This document shows positions 32,058 through 42,356 of a stretch of DNA of 64,000 nt, piece by piece. The stretch's first letter is position 1, and every line of letters begins with the position of its first letter. The stretch covers positions 8,753 through 72,752 of the forward strand of contig JAVBMY010000012.1 in NCBI GenBank assembly GCA_031551865.1, written 5' to 3'. A program made the position numbers and the translations under genes. The notes below the pieces were generated by a model. That model was not told where the DNA came from, searched no databases, and was given only the letters and a program-made list of their open reading frames with translations. Origin of the DNA: Rikenella sp. GTDB taxonomy: Bacteria; Bacteroidota; Bacteroidia; Bacteroidales; Rikenellaceae.

Positions 32058-33587
32058 CTATGCGAGTGCAGCAGCTACCTCCTCGCGGTCGTCGAAGTGG
32101 TGCCGGACACCGGCGACCTCCTGATAGGGCTCGTGCCCCTTGCCCGCGATAAGGATGATGTCGCCGGGGCGGGCGAGGGCGGCCGCCGTGCGGATCGCCT
32201 CGCGGCGGTCGGCGATCACCAGCGTGTTTTGGGCCTCGTCGGGCGAGAGGCCCGCGCGCATTTGTGCCAATATCTCCGAAGGGTCTTCGAAACGTGGGTT
32301 GTCCGAGGTCAGGATCGCCCGGGCGCTGCCGGCCGAAGCGATGCGCGCCATCACCGGGCGCTTGGTCGCGTCGCGGTTGCCGCCGCAGCCCACCACCGTG
32401 ATCAGCGACGAGCCCGCAGGACGCAAATCGTTGATGGTCTCGATGACATTCTGGAGTGCATCCGGCGTATGGGCGTAATCGACCACCGCCAAGCGGCCGT
32501 CTGAAGAGCGGATACACTCGAAGCGGCCGCTGACTGACGTCAGGAGGCTCATCTGCGGCAACAGCAGCCCGTCGGACACGCCCAGTTCGCGCGCCGCGCC
32601 GTAAACCGCCGTCAGGTTGTAGGCATTGAACCGCCCGATGAACTGCACCCAAAGTTCCGTACCGTTCAGCGACAAGAGCATCCCGTCGAGGTGCGATTCG
32701 ACGATACGACAGGCATAGTCGGCCACATTGCGTAGCGAATACGACAGGCGGCGCGCCCGCGAGTTCTGGAGCATCACCTCGCCGTTGCGGTCGTCGATGT
32801 TCGTCAGCGCGAATGCCGCGGAGGGCAGAGCGTCGAAAAAGCGCTGCTTGGCCCGGATGTACTCGGCGAACGTGCCGTGGTAGTCGAGGTGGTCATGGGT
32901 GATGTTCGTGAACAGGCCGCCCGCGAACTGCAAGCCTGCGATGCGTTGCTGCACGATGCTGTGCGAGCTCACCTCCATGAAACAATATTCGCACCCGGCA
33001 TCGACCATGTCACGCATCAGGGCGTTCAGCACCAGCGGGTCGGGCGTGGTGTGGGTCGAAGGACGTTCGCCGGCGCCCACACGGTAGACCACCGTCGAGA
33101 TTAGCCCCGACTTGTGCCCCAGTGCGGTGAACAGGTCGTAGAGCAGCGTGGCGATCGTCGTTTTGCCGTTCGTCCCCGTGACCCCCACCAGCTTCAGGCG
33201 GCGGCTCGGGTGGCCGTAGAACGCCGATGCGGCAAGGGCGAGCGCCTGAGCCGAATCGGGTACCCGGACAAAAATAGTCCCTTCCGCCGCCGTTCCGGGC
33301 GCCGTGGAACCGGACGATGTAGCGTCAATCGTGGCGGCCCCGTCCGGGAACTCGGAAGGGAACGCTTCACAGAGCACCGCCACGGCTCCGGCCCGTATGG
33401 CAGCCCCGATGAAATCGTGACCATCGGACTGTGTACCGCGCACGGCCACGAACAGGTCGCCGGGCCCCACGAGACGCGAGTCGAACCGGATGTTCGCGAT
33501 GTCGGGATCGCTGTTGGCAGTAGCGGTTACAGCGCCGCCGGCAGAGGGTTTCGGTTGGACATCACTGAGTATCTGCGACAGTTTCAT
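32058..33587 (-). CDS. murE: UDP-MurNAc-tripeptide synthetase (mDAP ligase)
   Basis: GVTGTNGKTT, HTTPD, MEVSSH, DYAHTPDAL, DNPR, GKGHE. Confidence 0.97.
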   Translation of the reverse strand: MKLSQILSDVQPKPSAGGAVTATANSDPDIANIRFDSRLVGPGDLFVAVRGTQSDGHDFIGAAIRAGAVAVLCEAFPSEFPDGAATIDATSSGSTAPGTAAEGTIFVRVPDSAQALALAASAFYGHPSRRLKLVGVTGTNGKTTIATLLYDLFTALGHKSGLISTVVYRVGAGERPSTHTTPDPLVLNALMRDMVDAGCEYCFMEVSSHSIVQQRIAGLQFAGGLFTNITHDHLDYHGTFAEYIRAKQRFFDALPSAAFALTNIDDRNGEVMLQNSRARRLSYSLRNVADYACRIVESHLDGMLLSLNGTELWVQFIGRFNAYNLTAVYGAARELGVSDGLLLPQMSLLTSVSGRFECIRSSDGRLAVVDYAHTPDALQNVIETINDLRPAGSSLITVVGCGGNRDATKRPVMARIASAGSARAILTSDNPRFEDPSEILAQMRAGLSPDEAQNTLVIADRREAIRTAAALARPGDIILIAGKGHEPYQEVAGVRHHFDDREEVAAALA

Positions 33588-33776
33588 GATATTGAGTTTA
33601 TTAGGGATCACGCTATGCGGCACATTTCGGCCCAAAGCACAGCCCGCGAGGCCGCCTGAGTCCGCTTCGCGGCTTCCTGTTCCGCGACCTGCCCGGGGCA
33701 CCGACCCCTGCTGTCGTTTCGGGCGTCCCTTCGCACCCGGGATACCCGGTGCGCGGGTTGCAGGCAAGTCGTGGTC

Positions 33777-36029
33777 TTACAAAGCTTCCTGGGGTAATCC
33801 CGTATTAATTTTCTGATTTACGGACAGTTGGACCGTGATACGGTCGCCGGGGTCGTAGGGTGTACCGGGCTCAAGCGACTGAGAGACCACCGTGCCCATG
33901 CCTTCGAACACGGGGCGCAGACCGACCTCTTCCGATAAGCGTAAAGCCTGCGGCAGGGTCATGCCGCGCAGGTCGGGGACCCCACCCGCCCCGGCCACCA
34001 TCGGGGACAGCGTCACCACGCGGCCGCTGTCGAGCGCCACCTGGACGTCGGCCATAGCGCCGACGGCTGCGGGAACTCCGCCCACCCCGAGCATCCGCAT
34101 CAGTTCGGAAAGCTGAGACGACGGCCCGGGCAGCGCCCGCAGGGCTGGAGCATAGGCCTGCCGGCGGGTAGCGACCGGTTGCTGGAAGTTGTTGTTCAGC
34201 AGGTAGATATAATCGGCCATCTTCCGGAAAATCGGTCCAGAAAGGTCGGCGCCGTAATACGGTTTCTTCGACCCTTCGTAGTAGTGGGTCTGGAGCACCA
34301 CGATCAGGCTGTAGCGCGGCTTGTCGGCAGGCATGTAGCCCGCCAGCGACGCCAGGTAATGGACGCTCTTGTCGGGTTGCTCGTAGCGGCCGCCGATGGC
34401 CACACGGGCCGTGCCCGTTTTGGCGGCTATCGTATACGGGGCGCCCTGAAACAGGCGCATCGCCGTGCCGTGGGTCACCACGCCTTCGAGGGCGCGGCGT
34501 ACGTAGGCCAGCGCGGTCGACGAACAGACGGCCGAGTCGAGGATTTCGGTCTCGTAACGCTCGATGACCCTGTCTTTGTTACGGAGTTCGCGCACGATCA
34601 TCGGTTTCACCTTGCGGCCGCCGTTGGCGACGGCGTTGTAGAGGGCCAGCGTCTGGATGGGGGAGACTTCGACGGCATAGCCGCGGGTCATCGTGTTGGT
34701 GGTCGATCCCGTCCAGCTCCGGGGATTGTCGGGGTTGGCGTGCGTGGGCGGTTTTTCACCGATGAGTTGCAGGCCGAGCGGTTCGAGGATGCTCGTCCGT
34801 TCGAGCGCTTTCAGGAAGCGGTGCCTTTGGGCGTAGGGATAGACTTCGAGGGCTGCTTTGGCCATACCGATGTTCGACGACACTTCGAACACCTCTTCGA
34901 GCGGGATTATCCCGTAGCCCCCGTGGTGCGAGTCCGAGACTTCGACGCCGTCCGTAGTGGTGGCTTTGCCGTCTTCGGTGTTGATCATTTTGGCGGGCGA
35001 CAGGCGGGCGTCGTCGTAGAAGGCCATCAGCACGGGGAGCTTGAAGGTCGAGCCGGGCTCCATGCGCTGGCCGATGGCATAGTTGTAAATCTCGGGCAGT
35101 ATCTCTCCGGTCGCCGAGCGGGTGACGTTCGATATGGCTTTTATGTCGCCGGTGGCCACTTCCATCACGATGGCGCAGCCCCATTCGGCGCGGGCTTCGG
35201 ACACCCATTGCTGGAGCGCTCCCTGCACCATGTCCTGGAGTTCGACGTTGATGGTGGTCATCAGGTCGTAGCCGTGCACGGGGTCGATGTTGTTCTCGTC
35301 GAACACCGGCAGGTTTTTGCGCCCGGCGCCCCTTTGGCGGACGACGAGACCGGGACTCCCCCTGAGGATCTCTTCGAAACTGAGTTCGATCCCGGTGCGC
35401 CCTTTCGACTCGCCGTCGGTTTCTCCGAGCGAACGCCGGGCCAGCGACCCGTAGGGGTGTTCGCGCTCGTAGCGTTCGGTGGGTGTAAGGCCGCTTTTGT
35501 AGCGCCCGAGGCGGAACAGGGGGAATTGCTTGACTTTCTGCAGGTCGATGTAGTTGACCCGGATGGGGGTCACCAGGTGGGAGCGGGCCTGAGCGGCCCG
35601 GGCGGCGATGAGTTCTTGTGTGTACTGTGCGGCGCTTTTGTCGCCGAAGAATGCGGCGAGTGCCTGTCCTAGCTCCGCGAAAGCCTGTGCGGTGAAGATG
35701 GTGTCGGCTTTGGGGTCGATCTCGACGCGGCGGCTGGTGGGGCCGCACTCGGGGCAGAGGTCCATCCGCAGTTCGTAGTAGGGGATCGAGGTGGCCATCA
35801 GGCGGCCGTCGTCGGAATAGACGTTGCCGCGCTGGGCGGTCAGCACGTCGTTGAACTGGGTCTCTTCGGAGTTCTGGAGCTGCTGGCTCAGCGGGCCGTA
35901 TTGCAGCCACACGATCCGGCACAGCACACCGATCCCGATCAGGAGGAAGACCAGGTAGAGCGCTCTGATCTTGTTCACCCGGGCTTTGGCGATCTGGTCG
36001 GGAGTGGGGGTCTGCGGTTTTTTCGGCAC
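33777..36029 (-). CDS. ftsI: Class B PBP (PBP3) with C-terminal PASTA domain
   Basis: EPGSTFK (SxxK), SSN, KTGT; PASTA-like tail; upstream of murE. Confidence 0.9.
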   Translation of the reverse strand: MPKKPQTPTPDQIAKARVNKIRALYLVFLLIGIGVLCRIVWLQYGPLSQQLQNSEETQFNDVLTAQRGNVYSDDGRLMATSIPYYELRMDLCPECGPTSRRVEIDPKADTIFTAQAFAELGQALAAFFGDKSAAQYTQELIAARAAQARSHLVTPIRVNYIDLQKVKQFPLFRLGRYKSGLTPTERYEREHPYGSLARRSLGETDGESKGRTGIELSFEEILRGSPGLVVRQRGAGRKNLPVFDENNIDPVHGYDLMTTINVELQDMVQGALQQWVSEARAEWGCAIVMEVATGDIKAISNVTRSATGEILPEIYNYAIGQRMEPGSTFKLPVLMAFYDDARLSPAKMINTEDGKATTTDGVEVSDSHHGGYGIIPLEEVFEVSSNIGMAKAALEVYPYAQRHRFLKALERTSILEPLGLQLIGEKPPTHANPDNPRSWTGSTTNTMTRGYAVEVSPIQTLALYNAVANGGRKVKPMIVRELRNKDRVIERYETEILDSAVCSSTALAYVRRALEGVVTHGTAMRLFQGAPYTIAAKTGTARVAIGGRYEQPDKSVHYLASLAGYMPADKPRYSLIVVLQTHYYEGSKKPYYGADLSGPIFRKMADYIYLLNNNFQQPVATRRQAYAPALRALPGPSSQLSELMRMLGVGGVPAAVGAMADVQVALDSGRVVTLSPMVAGAGGVPDLRGMTLPQALRLSEEVGLRPVFEGMGTVVSQSLEPGTPYDPGDRITVQLSVNQKINTGLPQEAL

Positions 36030-36081
36030 GGCGGAGAGAGAGAAGACGACGGATTAGGGGGGCTTCGGGGCGGAGGGTTCG

Positions 36082-36918
36082 CTATTGGATTCCTGCAGCG
36101 GCCAGCAGCCCGTCCATCTCGGCGGCCACGGCGGCGGCTTCGCGACCGGCGGCCTCGGCGAAATCGGTTCCGGACGAGGCATAGATGATGGCGCGCGAGG
36201 AGTTCACAAGCAGGCCGCAACGGCGGTTCATGCCGTAGCGGGCCACATCGGCCAGGCTGCCGCCCTGGGCCCCTATGCCGGGTACGAGCAGGAAATGTTC
36301 GGGCACGATGCGGCGCACGGCGGTGAGTTCGGTAGCCTGCGTGGCACCCACGACGTACATGATATTGTCGGTAGTGCCCCATGACGAAGAGGTGCGGAGC
36401 ACGCGCTCGTAGAGGCGCTCGGCAAAGCCGTCGGCCAGCGGAAGGGTCTCGAAGTCGGCGGCCGAGGGATTCGAAGTGAGGGCCAGGATCACAGCCCATT
36501 TACCTTCGTATTCGAGAAACGGCGCCACAGTGTCGAGCCCCATGTATGGGGCGAGGGTCACGGCGTCGAAATTCATCTGTGAGAAAAAGGTGCGGGCATA
36601 CATCTGCGAGGTATTCCCGATGTCGCCGCGTTTGGCGTCAGCTATGAGGAGTTGTTCGGGGTAGCGTTCGCGCAGGTAGCGCACGGTTTTGGCCAGCGCT
36701 TCCCATCCTTTGACGCCTTCGGATTCGTAGAACGCGAGGTTGGGTTTGTAGCACACGGCATGGAGAGCTGTGGCATCGATAATCGCACGGTTGAACTCGA
36801 AAATCGGATCTTCGGCGTCCTGCAGGTGGGCTGGGATTTTTCGGATGTCGGTATCGAGGCCCACGCAGAGGAAGGAGCGTTTGGCGCGGATCTGTTCGAA
36901 CAGTTGTTGTGCGTTCAT
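36082..36918 (-). CDS. pyrF: Orotidine-5'-phosphate decarboxylase
   Basis: [24 protein letters not shown]. Confidence 0.96.
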   Translation of the reverse strand: MNAQQLFEQIRAKRSFLCVGLDTDIRKIPAHLQDAEDPIFEFNRAIIDATALHAVCYKPNLAFYESEGVKGWEALAKTVRYLRERYPEQLLIADAKRGDIGNTSQMYARTFFSQMNFDAVTLAPYMGLDTVAPFLEYEGKWAVILALTSNPSAADFETLPLADGFAERLYERVLRTSSSWGTTDNIMYVVGATQATELTAVRRIVPEHFLLVPGIGAQGGSLADVARYGMNRRCGLLVNSSRAIIYASSGTDFAEAAGREAAAVAAEMDGLLAAAGIQ

Positions 36919-36993
36919 CGGGGGTGTTTTCGGGGGAAAATTGATCTATTCTACAAATATACAGAAAAAAGAGGTGTCCACGCACGACGATTC

Positions 36994-37138
36994 TTCGCCC
37001 GGGATGACATAGCTAGGGACGTCATTGAGAGGCTTAAAAAGCCGAAGCAACCTCTTTTCTTGATAAGATAAGGGGTTGCTTCGTCGCCTGCGGCTCCTCG
37101 CGATGACGGGAAAAATCACCGGGGTGCGCGGATGCACC
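36994..37138. repeat. CGTC-type REP cluster
   Basis: cgtcattgagagg..gaagcaac / gttgcttcgtcg..ctcgcgatgacg; shares gcaccccggtgatttt with 62090-62105. Confidence 0.8.
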
Positions 37139-37140
37139 GT

Positions 37141-38232
37141 CTATGACACTTCGCCGGCGGCCTGCAGGCGTTCGGCGTTCTCGGCGAACTGGAGTTTGTC
37201 GATCACCTCCTGGATGTCGCCGTCCATCACGGCGCCCAGATTGTACGACGTGTAGTTGATGCGGTGGTCGGTCATGCGCCCCTGCGGGTAATTGTAGGTG
37301 CGGATCTTGGCCGAGCGGTCGCCCGTCGAGACCATCGTTTTGCGTTTGGAGGCGATCTCGTCGAGGTATTTTTGGTATTCGAGGTTGTAGATGCGGGTGC
37401 GGAGTTCTTCGAGGGCTTTGTCGTAGTTCTTGAGTTGCGATTTCTGGTCCTGGCACTGCACGACGATGCCCGTGGGGATGTGGGTCAGGCGGATGGCCGA
37501 GTAGGTGGTGTTCACCGACTGGCCGCCGGGACCGCTGGCGCAGAAGGTGTCTTTGCGGATGTCTTCGGTTTTGAGCTCGATGTCGAACTCTTCGGCTTCG
37601 GGCAGCACGGCCACCGAGGCGGCCGAGGTGTGGACGCGCCCCTGGGTTTCGGTCTGGGGCACGCGTTGCACGCGGTGCACGCCCGATTCGTATTTCAGCA
37701 CGCCATAGACGCCTTCGCCGATGACTTTCAGGACGACTTCCTTGTAGCCGCCGGCGGTGCCTTCGCTTTCGCTGTTGATTTCGTATTTCCAGCCGCGGCG
37801 CTCGAAAAATTTGAGGTACATGCGCATCAGGTCGCCGGCGAAAATGGCGGCTTCGTCGCCACCGGCGCCACCGCGGATCTCCATGATGGCGTTCTTGGAA
37901 TCCTGGGGGTCGGCGGGGATGAGCATCAGTTTGATGTCCTCTTCAAGTTGGGAGATGCGCGGTTCGAGCTCTTCGATCTCGGCGCGGGCCATCTCTTTCA
38001 TCTCTTCGTCTTTCTCGTTGGCGAATACGTCTTTGGCTTCGGCCAGGTTGGCCACGGCGGTGCGGTAGCGTTCGCTGGCCTCGACCACGGGGCCGAGTTC
38101 TTTGTATTCGCGGTTGAGCTGGATGTAACGTTTCATGTCGGCCATCACGTCGGGGTCGACGATCTGCTCGGCGATGCGTGCGTATTTTTCTTTGATCCCG
38201 TCGAGGCGGGCGAGTATCGTGTTTTCTGCCAT
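37141..38232 (-). CDS. prfA: Peptide chain release factor 1
   Basis: GVHRVQRVPQTE (PxT), GGQ, IRTYNYPQ. Confidence 0.98.
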   Translation of the reverse strand: MAENTILARLDGIKEKYARIAEQIVDPDVMADMKRYIQLNREYKELGPVVEASERYRTAVANLAEAKDVFANEKDEEMKEMARAEIEELEPRISQLEEDIKLMLIPADPQDSKNAIMEIRGGAGGDEAAIFAGDLMRMYLKFFERRGWKYEINSESEGTAGGYKEVVLKVIGEGVYGVLKYESGVHRVQRVPQTETQGRVHTSAASVAVLPEAEEFDIELKTEDIRKDTFCASGPGGQSVNTTYSAIRLTHIPTGIVVQCQDQKSQLKNYDKALEELRTRIYNLEYQKYLDEIASKRKTMVSTGDRSAKIRTYNYPQGRMTDHRINYTSYNLGAVMDGDIQEVIDKLQFAENAERLQAAGEVS

Positions 38233-38245
38233 AAGTGGCGCGAAG

Positions 38246-39343
38246 TTACGGTTTTTTTACGGTAAATTTTTTATTGGCCCCCACCGTAACGCCCGACATG
38301 GTGCCGTCGGGTTGCGAGCGGATAAGGTAGGCTCCCAGTCCGGGGTGCGATTCGACCAGCAGGATGGCTTCGTCGTAGCCCACGACCATGCAGGCGGTGG
38401 CATAGGCATCGGCAGTGGCGCAATCGTCGGCGATGATGGTAGCCGAAAGCAGGGTATGGGTGGCGGGGTATCCGGTTCTGGGGTCGATGGTGTGGACGAT
38501 ACGTTGGCCGGTAAGGCTGTCGACGGCATAGTTCCGGTAGTTGCCCGAGGTGGCCAGGGCACAGTCGCGGAGTTCGATCACGGCCTCAAGCATAGCACCC
38601 GGGAAGACGTTACCGTCGACCGGACGGTCGACGCCGACGAGCCACGGACTCCTCGAAGGGTTGACGCCCTTGCAACGCACCTCGCCTCCGATCTCGACCA
38701 GGTAGTCGGTGATGCCGAGCTGTCCTTCGAGCATCCGGGCGACCAGGTCGACCGAATAGCCTTTGGCGATAGCGTTGAAATCAAGCCGGATGCGGGGGTC
38801 GTCTTTTTCGACGCGGACACATTGCGGATAGGGCGAGGCGCTGTCGGGGTATTCGGCGAGGCGTGCTTTGGTATAGCCCACGAATTGCATCACGGAATCG
38901 CGCACGGAATCGGCAATGGGGCGGGGATGGCGGTCGGAACCGATGCGGTAGGCTTCAATCAGCGGACGTACGGTGATGTCGAAGGCGCCGCCGGTTTCGG
39001 CGCTGATCTGTTGGGCGAGCCGGAAGCCTCTGATAAAGTCGGGACAGAGGTCGACTACCTCTCCGCGGTTTACACGGCTGACGCACGAGGTGCTGTCGTA
39101 CACCGAGAATTTACGCTCGAAATCGGCGAGCAACGCGGCCACGCCGCGTTCGACGATCTGTCCGAACACGGTATCGCTTTGGGCGCCGACGGGCACACAG
39201 TAGCTGATGTGGTAGGAGGTTCCTTCGGCAAATCCGTCGATGGTACGGTATTCGTGGTGATCGGTGCCGCAAGAGGTGAGAACGAGCAGGAGTGCAGCCG
39301 GCACGAGGGCTCGCAGGGGCTTGGGGGTGATGGGATTTTTCAC
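38246..39343 (-). CDS. apbE: FAD:protein FMN transferase lipoprotein
   Basis: Lipobox LTSC; FDITV, AIAKGY, ATSGNY, DPRTG, ADAYAT. Confidence 0.93.
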   Translation of the reverse strand: MKNPITPKPLRALVPAALLLVLTSCGTDHHEYRTIDGFAEGTSYHISYCVPVGAQSDTVFGQIVERGVAALLADFERKFSVYDSTSCVSRVNRGEVVDLCPDFIRGFRLAQQISAETGGAFDITVRPLIEAYRIGSDRHPRPIADSVRDSVMQFVGYTKARLAEYPDSASPYPQCVRVEKDDPRIRLDFNAIAKGYSVDLVARMLEGQLGITDYLVEIGGEVRCKGVNPSRSPWLVGVDRPVDGNVFPGAMLEAVIELRDCALATSGNYRNYAVDSLTGQRIVHTIDPRTGYPATHTLLSATIIADDCATADAYATACMVVGYDEAILLVESHPGLGAYLIRSQPDGTMSGVTVGANKKFTVKKP

Positions 39344-39525
39344 GTGTAGTGTTTGACTCCCGTAGGCGGGTATACTAAATTCAGGGTGTATTCCGGACGG
39401 TACCGGGTCGGAGGAGTGGTGCAGAGGCCGCCGGACGGGGCCCGGCGGCAGGGTTCCGGGATGCGGGTTTTGCCCGGTTCCGGATGGGGGGCTTGCAGGT
39501 TTTTCCGGTCGCAGAGGGCGGTCGG

Positions 39526-40629
39526 TTACAGGTTCCCTTCGCCGAATTTGTAGCGTACGTCTTCGACGTAATTACGGATGTTTTGCTCGTTCTCAAGCCG
39601 GCAGATGAGCAACGTGTCGTCGTTGGCTACCACCAGATAGCCGTCCAGCCCTTCGACCACGCCGATCTTACCCTGCGGAAGGCTGATGATCGAGTTGCGG
39701 GTGTTGTAGGCCAATACGCGTTGGCTGCCGGTGATGGCGTTGTGGTCGTCTGGGGTTTTGTCGGCGTTCTGGTAGAGCGAACCCCAGGTACCGATGTCGC
39801 TCCAGCCGAAATCGCCGCAACGTACGTAGACCGAGGATGACTTTTCCATCACGCCGTAGTCGATCGAGATGTTGTCGCACTCGGGGTAGATCTGATCGAT
39901 GAATGCTTGTTCGGAAGGGGTACCGTAGCGCCCGATACCGCCACGGAACTGGGCGTTGACCTCGGGCAGGTGGGCTTCGAGGGCGCCAAGGATGGCACCG
40001 ACCGACCACACGAAGATGCCGGAGTTCCAAAAGAACTCGCCGCTGTCTACAAAAACACGGGCCATCTCGATGCCGGGTTTCTCGGTGAAGGTTTTGACTT
40101 TGTGGATCGTGGTGCCGAAGGTTTCGGGATACGGCAGGGTGTCGATCTGGATGTAGCCGTAGCCGGTCTCGGGGCGCGAGGGGGTGATGCCGATGGTGAG
40201 CAGGTTTTGGTTGTCTCGGACGAAATCGACACCTTCGGCAATTATCTTCTGGAACTCGGCCTCGCCGGTGATCAGGTGGTCGGAGGGGGTGACGACCATC
40301 GTGGCGTCGGGGTTGGCCGACGCGATGCGGTAGGCGGCATAGGCGATGCAGGGAGCGGTGTTGCGGCGCACGGGTTCGAGCAACACCTGTTCCGGCCTGA
40401 GTTCGGGCAGGTGTTCGAGCACGAGGTCCCTGTAGGCGGCACTGGTGACCACCAGGAAATTTTCGGCGGGCACGAGCGGCAAGAAACGTTCGAAGGTCGA
40501 CCGGATGAAACTCTTGCCGGTGCCGAGCACGTCGAGGAACTGCTTGGGCAGCCGGGTGCGGCTCAGGGGCCAGAAACGGCTACCTATACCGCCAGCCATG
40601 ATTACGCAGTAGTTGTCTTTCTTTGCCAT
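39526..40629 (-). CDS. manC: Mannose-1-phosphate guanylyltransferase
   Basis: AGGIGSRFWPLSR..PKQF, NTAP, TGYGYI, FTEKP, WSDIGTW. Confidence 0.93.
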   Translation of the reverse strand: MAKKDNYCVIMAGGIGSRFWPLSRTRLPKQFLDVLGTGKSFIRSTFERFLPLVPAENFLVVTSAAYRDLVLEHLPELRPEQVLLEPVRRNTAPCIAYAAYRIASANPDATMVVTPSDHLITGEAEFQKIIAEGVDFVRDNQNLLTIGITPSRPETGYGYIQIDTLPYPETFGTTIHKVKTFTEKPGIEMARVFVDSGEFFWNSGIFVWSVGAILGALEAHLPEVNAQFRGGIGRYGTPSEQAFIDQIYPECDNISIDYGVMEKSSSVYVRCGDFGWSDIGTWGSLYQNADKTPDDHNAITGSQRVLAYNTRNSIISLPQGKIGVVEGLDGYLVVANDDTLLICRLENEQNIRNYVEDVRYKFGEGNL

Positions 40630-40705
40630 AGTTTCGGGCGAGGGCGGTTGATTATCGGGCGCTCCCTACAAAGATAGCGATTATTAGCTGATGCGGGCCG
40701 GAGCG

Positions 40706-40757
40706 AATAAAAAAATACGCTGCGGGGTCTCCCGAATCCAGGGACACCCGCAGCGTA
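40706..40757 (-). terminator. Rho-independent terminator after the collagen-like gene pair
   Basis: tacgctgcggg..cccgcagcgta stem followed by a T-run on the minus strand. Confidence 0.7.
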
Positions 40758-40784
40758 AGGCAAGGTCTAAATATTGATAGTCAA

Positions 40785-41009
40785 TCACATTCTTGTCAAC
40801 TCGCCGTTCTCAAGGGTATAACCATCGAGTTCGGAGGGAAGCGTGCCGGGATCTGCCACGAGCCACTTTCCGGGCCCGTAGAACTGGTCGTAGACCCGGG
40901 CATAGAGTTCGCAATGTGCCACTACGGCATGCCCTTCGCGGGTGCCGCCGTCTGTCAGGCACCCTTCGAAGGGCGACAGGTAGAGTATTTTTACGGTAGG
41001 TATCATCAT
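40785..41009 (-). CDS. Small hypothetical protein (possible fibre chaperone/assembly protein)
   Basis: 74-aa ORF starting 9 nt after the collagen gene stop and followed by a terminator. Confidence 0.55.
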   Translation of the reverse strand: MMIPTVKILYLSPFEGCLTDGGTREGHAVVAHCELYARVYDQFYGPGKWLVADPGTLPSELDGYTLENGELTRM

Positions 41010-41018
41010 AAATGGGGA

Positions 41019-42074
41019 TTATCGTGTGTATTTAAGGAATATGGTGTAGGGCGAACCGGCGGACGGCAGCGATTCGAGGAGCTTGCCCGAGAATACCACA
41101 TAAAGCAACTGGGTGTTGCTATACTGGTCGATCTCATAGACCTGTCCCGACCAGACGTTGCAGTTTTGGTTCAGCGCATAGGTGACATTGTGGCCGACCA
41201 GCTCGGATGCCGGATGGGGGGAGAGGATATTTTGGTAGTATATCGTACCCCGGGCATCGGAAAAAGTGTGCTGGGTATATTGCCCCAGCGTGCCGCGGAG
41301 TTGCAGGGCATAAACGTCGCGCACCACGCCGTCGCGGCAGAGGTATTTCTCGCCTGTGGCTACTTCCGATTGGATGTAGACCGGCAGCGGGGGAGTGGCT
41401 CCGGGATCGCCTTTGTCGCCTTTCAGGCCCTGAGGCCCCTGCGCCCCGGGATCGCCTTTGTCGCCCTTCGGGCCGGATTCACCCCGGTCGCCTTTCGGGC
41501 CTTGTAAACCGGCAGCGCCTTGCGGACCGGTGTCGCCCTTCGGGCCCTGAAGGCCCTGTAGACCTTGCAGACCCGGCTCGCCCTGCGGACCCGGAGCGCC
41601 GGTATCGCCCGTATCGCCTTTGGGGCCGGGTTCGCCATTGGGGCCGCAAAACCCTTCGACGAGCACGGTTTCGAGGATGATGGTTTCCTGCCCCGGCGGC
41701 ACTTCGAGGGTGCCGACCGGGCTACCGGCGGGAAGCAGGGGATCGGGCAACTCCTCGACGATGAGGATGGGGAGGTCGATAGTTTCGATGATGTTGCGTT
41801 CGCCGTCGGGATACGAGGGGTCGCCGAAAGCGATGTCGCGGCGTACGCACAATTGTCCGGTGGTGAAGCGGGTACGTTCGAACGAGACTTCGACGCCCCC
41901 GCCTTCCGCCGGCCGGCAGTGAGTGAAGTTTTCGCCGTCCCACGCCGCGGTGTAGGTGAATCCCAACGGGGTGGAATAGTCGAAACGGAAGCGTTTGGGT
42001 TTGAGCGACCGGCCGCTCGTGTCGATAAACTGCACGAGGGTCTTAAAGTCGCTCCGGTAGAGCACTTTTTGCAT
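41019..42074 (-). CDS. Collagen-like protein, phage tail-fibre-like architecture
   Basis: 29 uninterrupted Gly-X-Y triplets (41394-41654) between two globular domains; no signal peptide; TATCTTTG at 42141-42148. Confidence 0.8.
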   Translation of the reverse strand: MQKVLYRSDFKTLVQFIDTSGRSLKPKRFRFDYSTPLGFTYTAAWDGENFTHCRPAEGGGVEVSFERTRFTTGQLCVRRDIAFGDPSYPDGERNIIETIDLPILIVEELPDPLLPAGSPVGTLEVPPGQETIILETVLVEGFCGPNGEPGPKGDTGDTGAPGPQGEPGLQGLQGLQGPKGDTGPQGAAGLQGPKGDRGESGPKGDKGDPGAQGPQGLKGDKGDPGATPPLPVYIQSEVATGEKYLCRDGVVRDVYALQLRGTLGQYTQHTFSDARGTIYYQNILSPHPASELVGHNVTYALNQNCNVWSGQVYEIDQYSNTQLLYVVFSGKLLESLPSAGSPYTIFLKYTR

Positions 42075-42202
42075 CGGTTGATAGGTTTTTGGATAGGTTT
42101 ATAAATATAAAACGCCGGCCGCACGGGGCAGGCACTCATACAAAGATACGAAATCCGGAGCGCATTTGCAACCGGAGAAATATCAGCCGAGGGAGCACTT
42201 CT

Positions 42203-42276
42203 CGTCATTACGAGAAGCCTGAAATGCGAGCGAAGCAATCCTCCTGTATGGGAAGATTGCTTCGCTCGCAACGACG
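42203..42276. repeat. CGTC-type REP inverted dimer
   Basis: cgtcattacgag..gcgaagcaatc / gattgcttcgctcgcaacgacg. Confidence 0.75.
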
Positions 42277-42356
42277 GAGTCATAGACCCTCTATAGGCAT
42301 GACTACACGGGGAAACCGATACGATTAAGGGCTAATCGCCGCTGTACATAAATACC

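Noticed and set aside
41019-41400. Diversity-generating retroelement target in the fibre C-domain
   Set aside because: No template repeat or reverse transcriptase is visible in the window.
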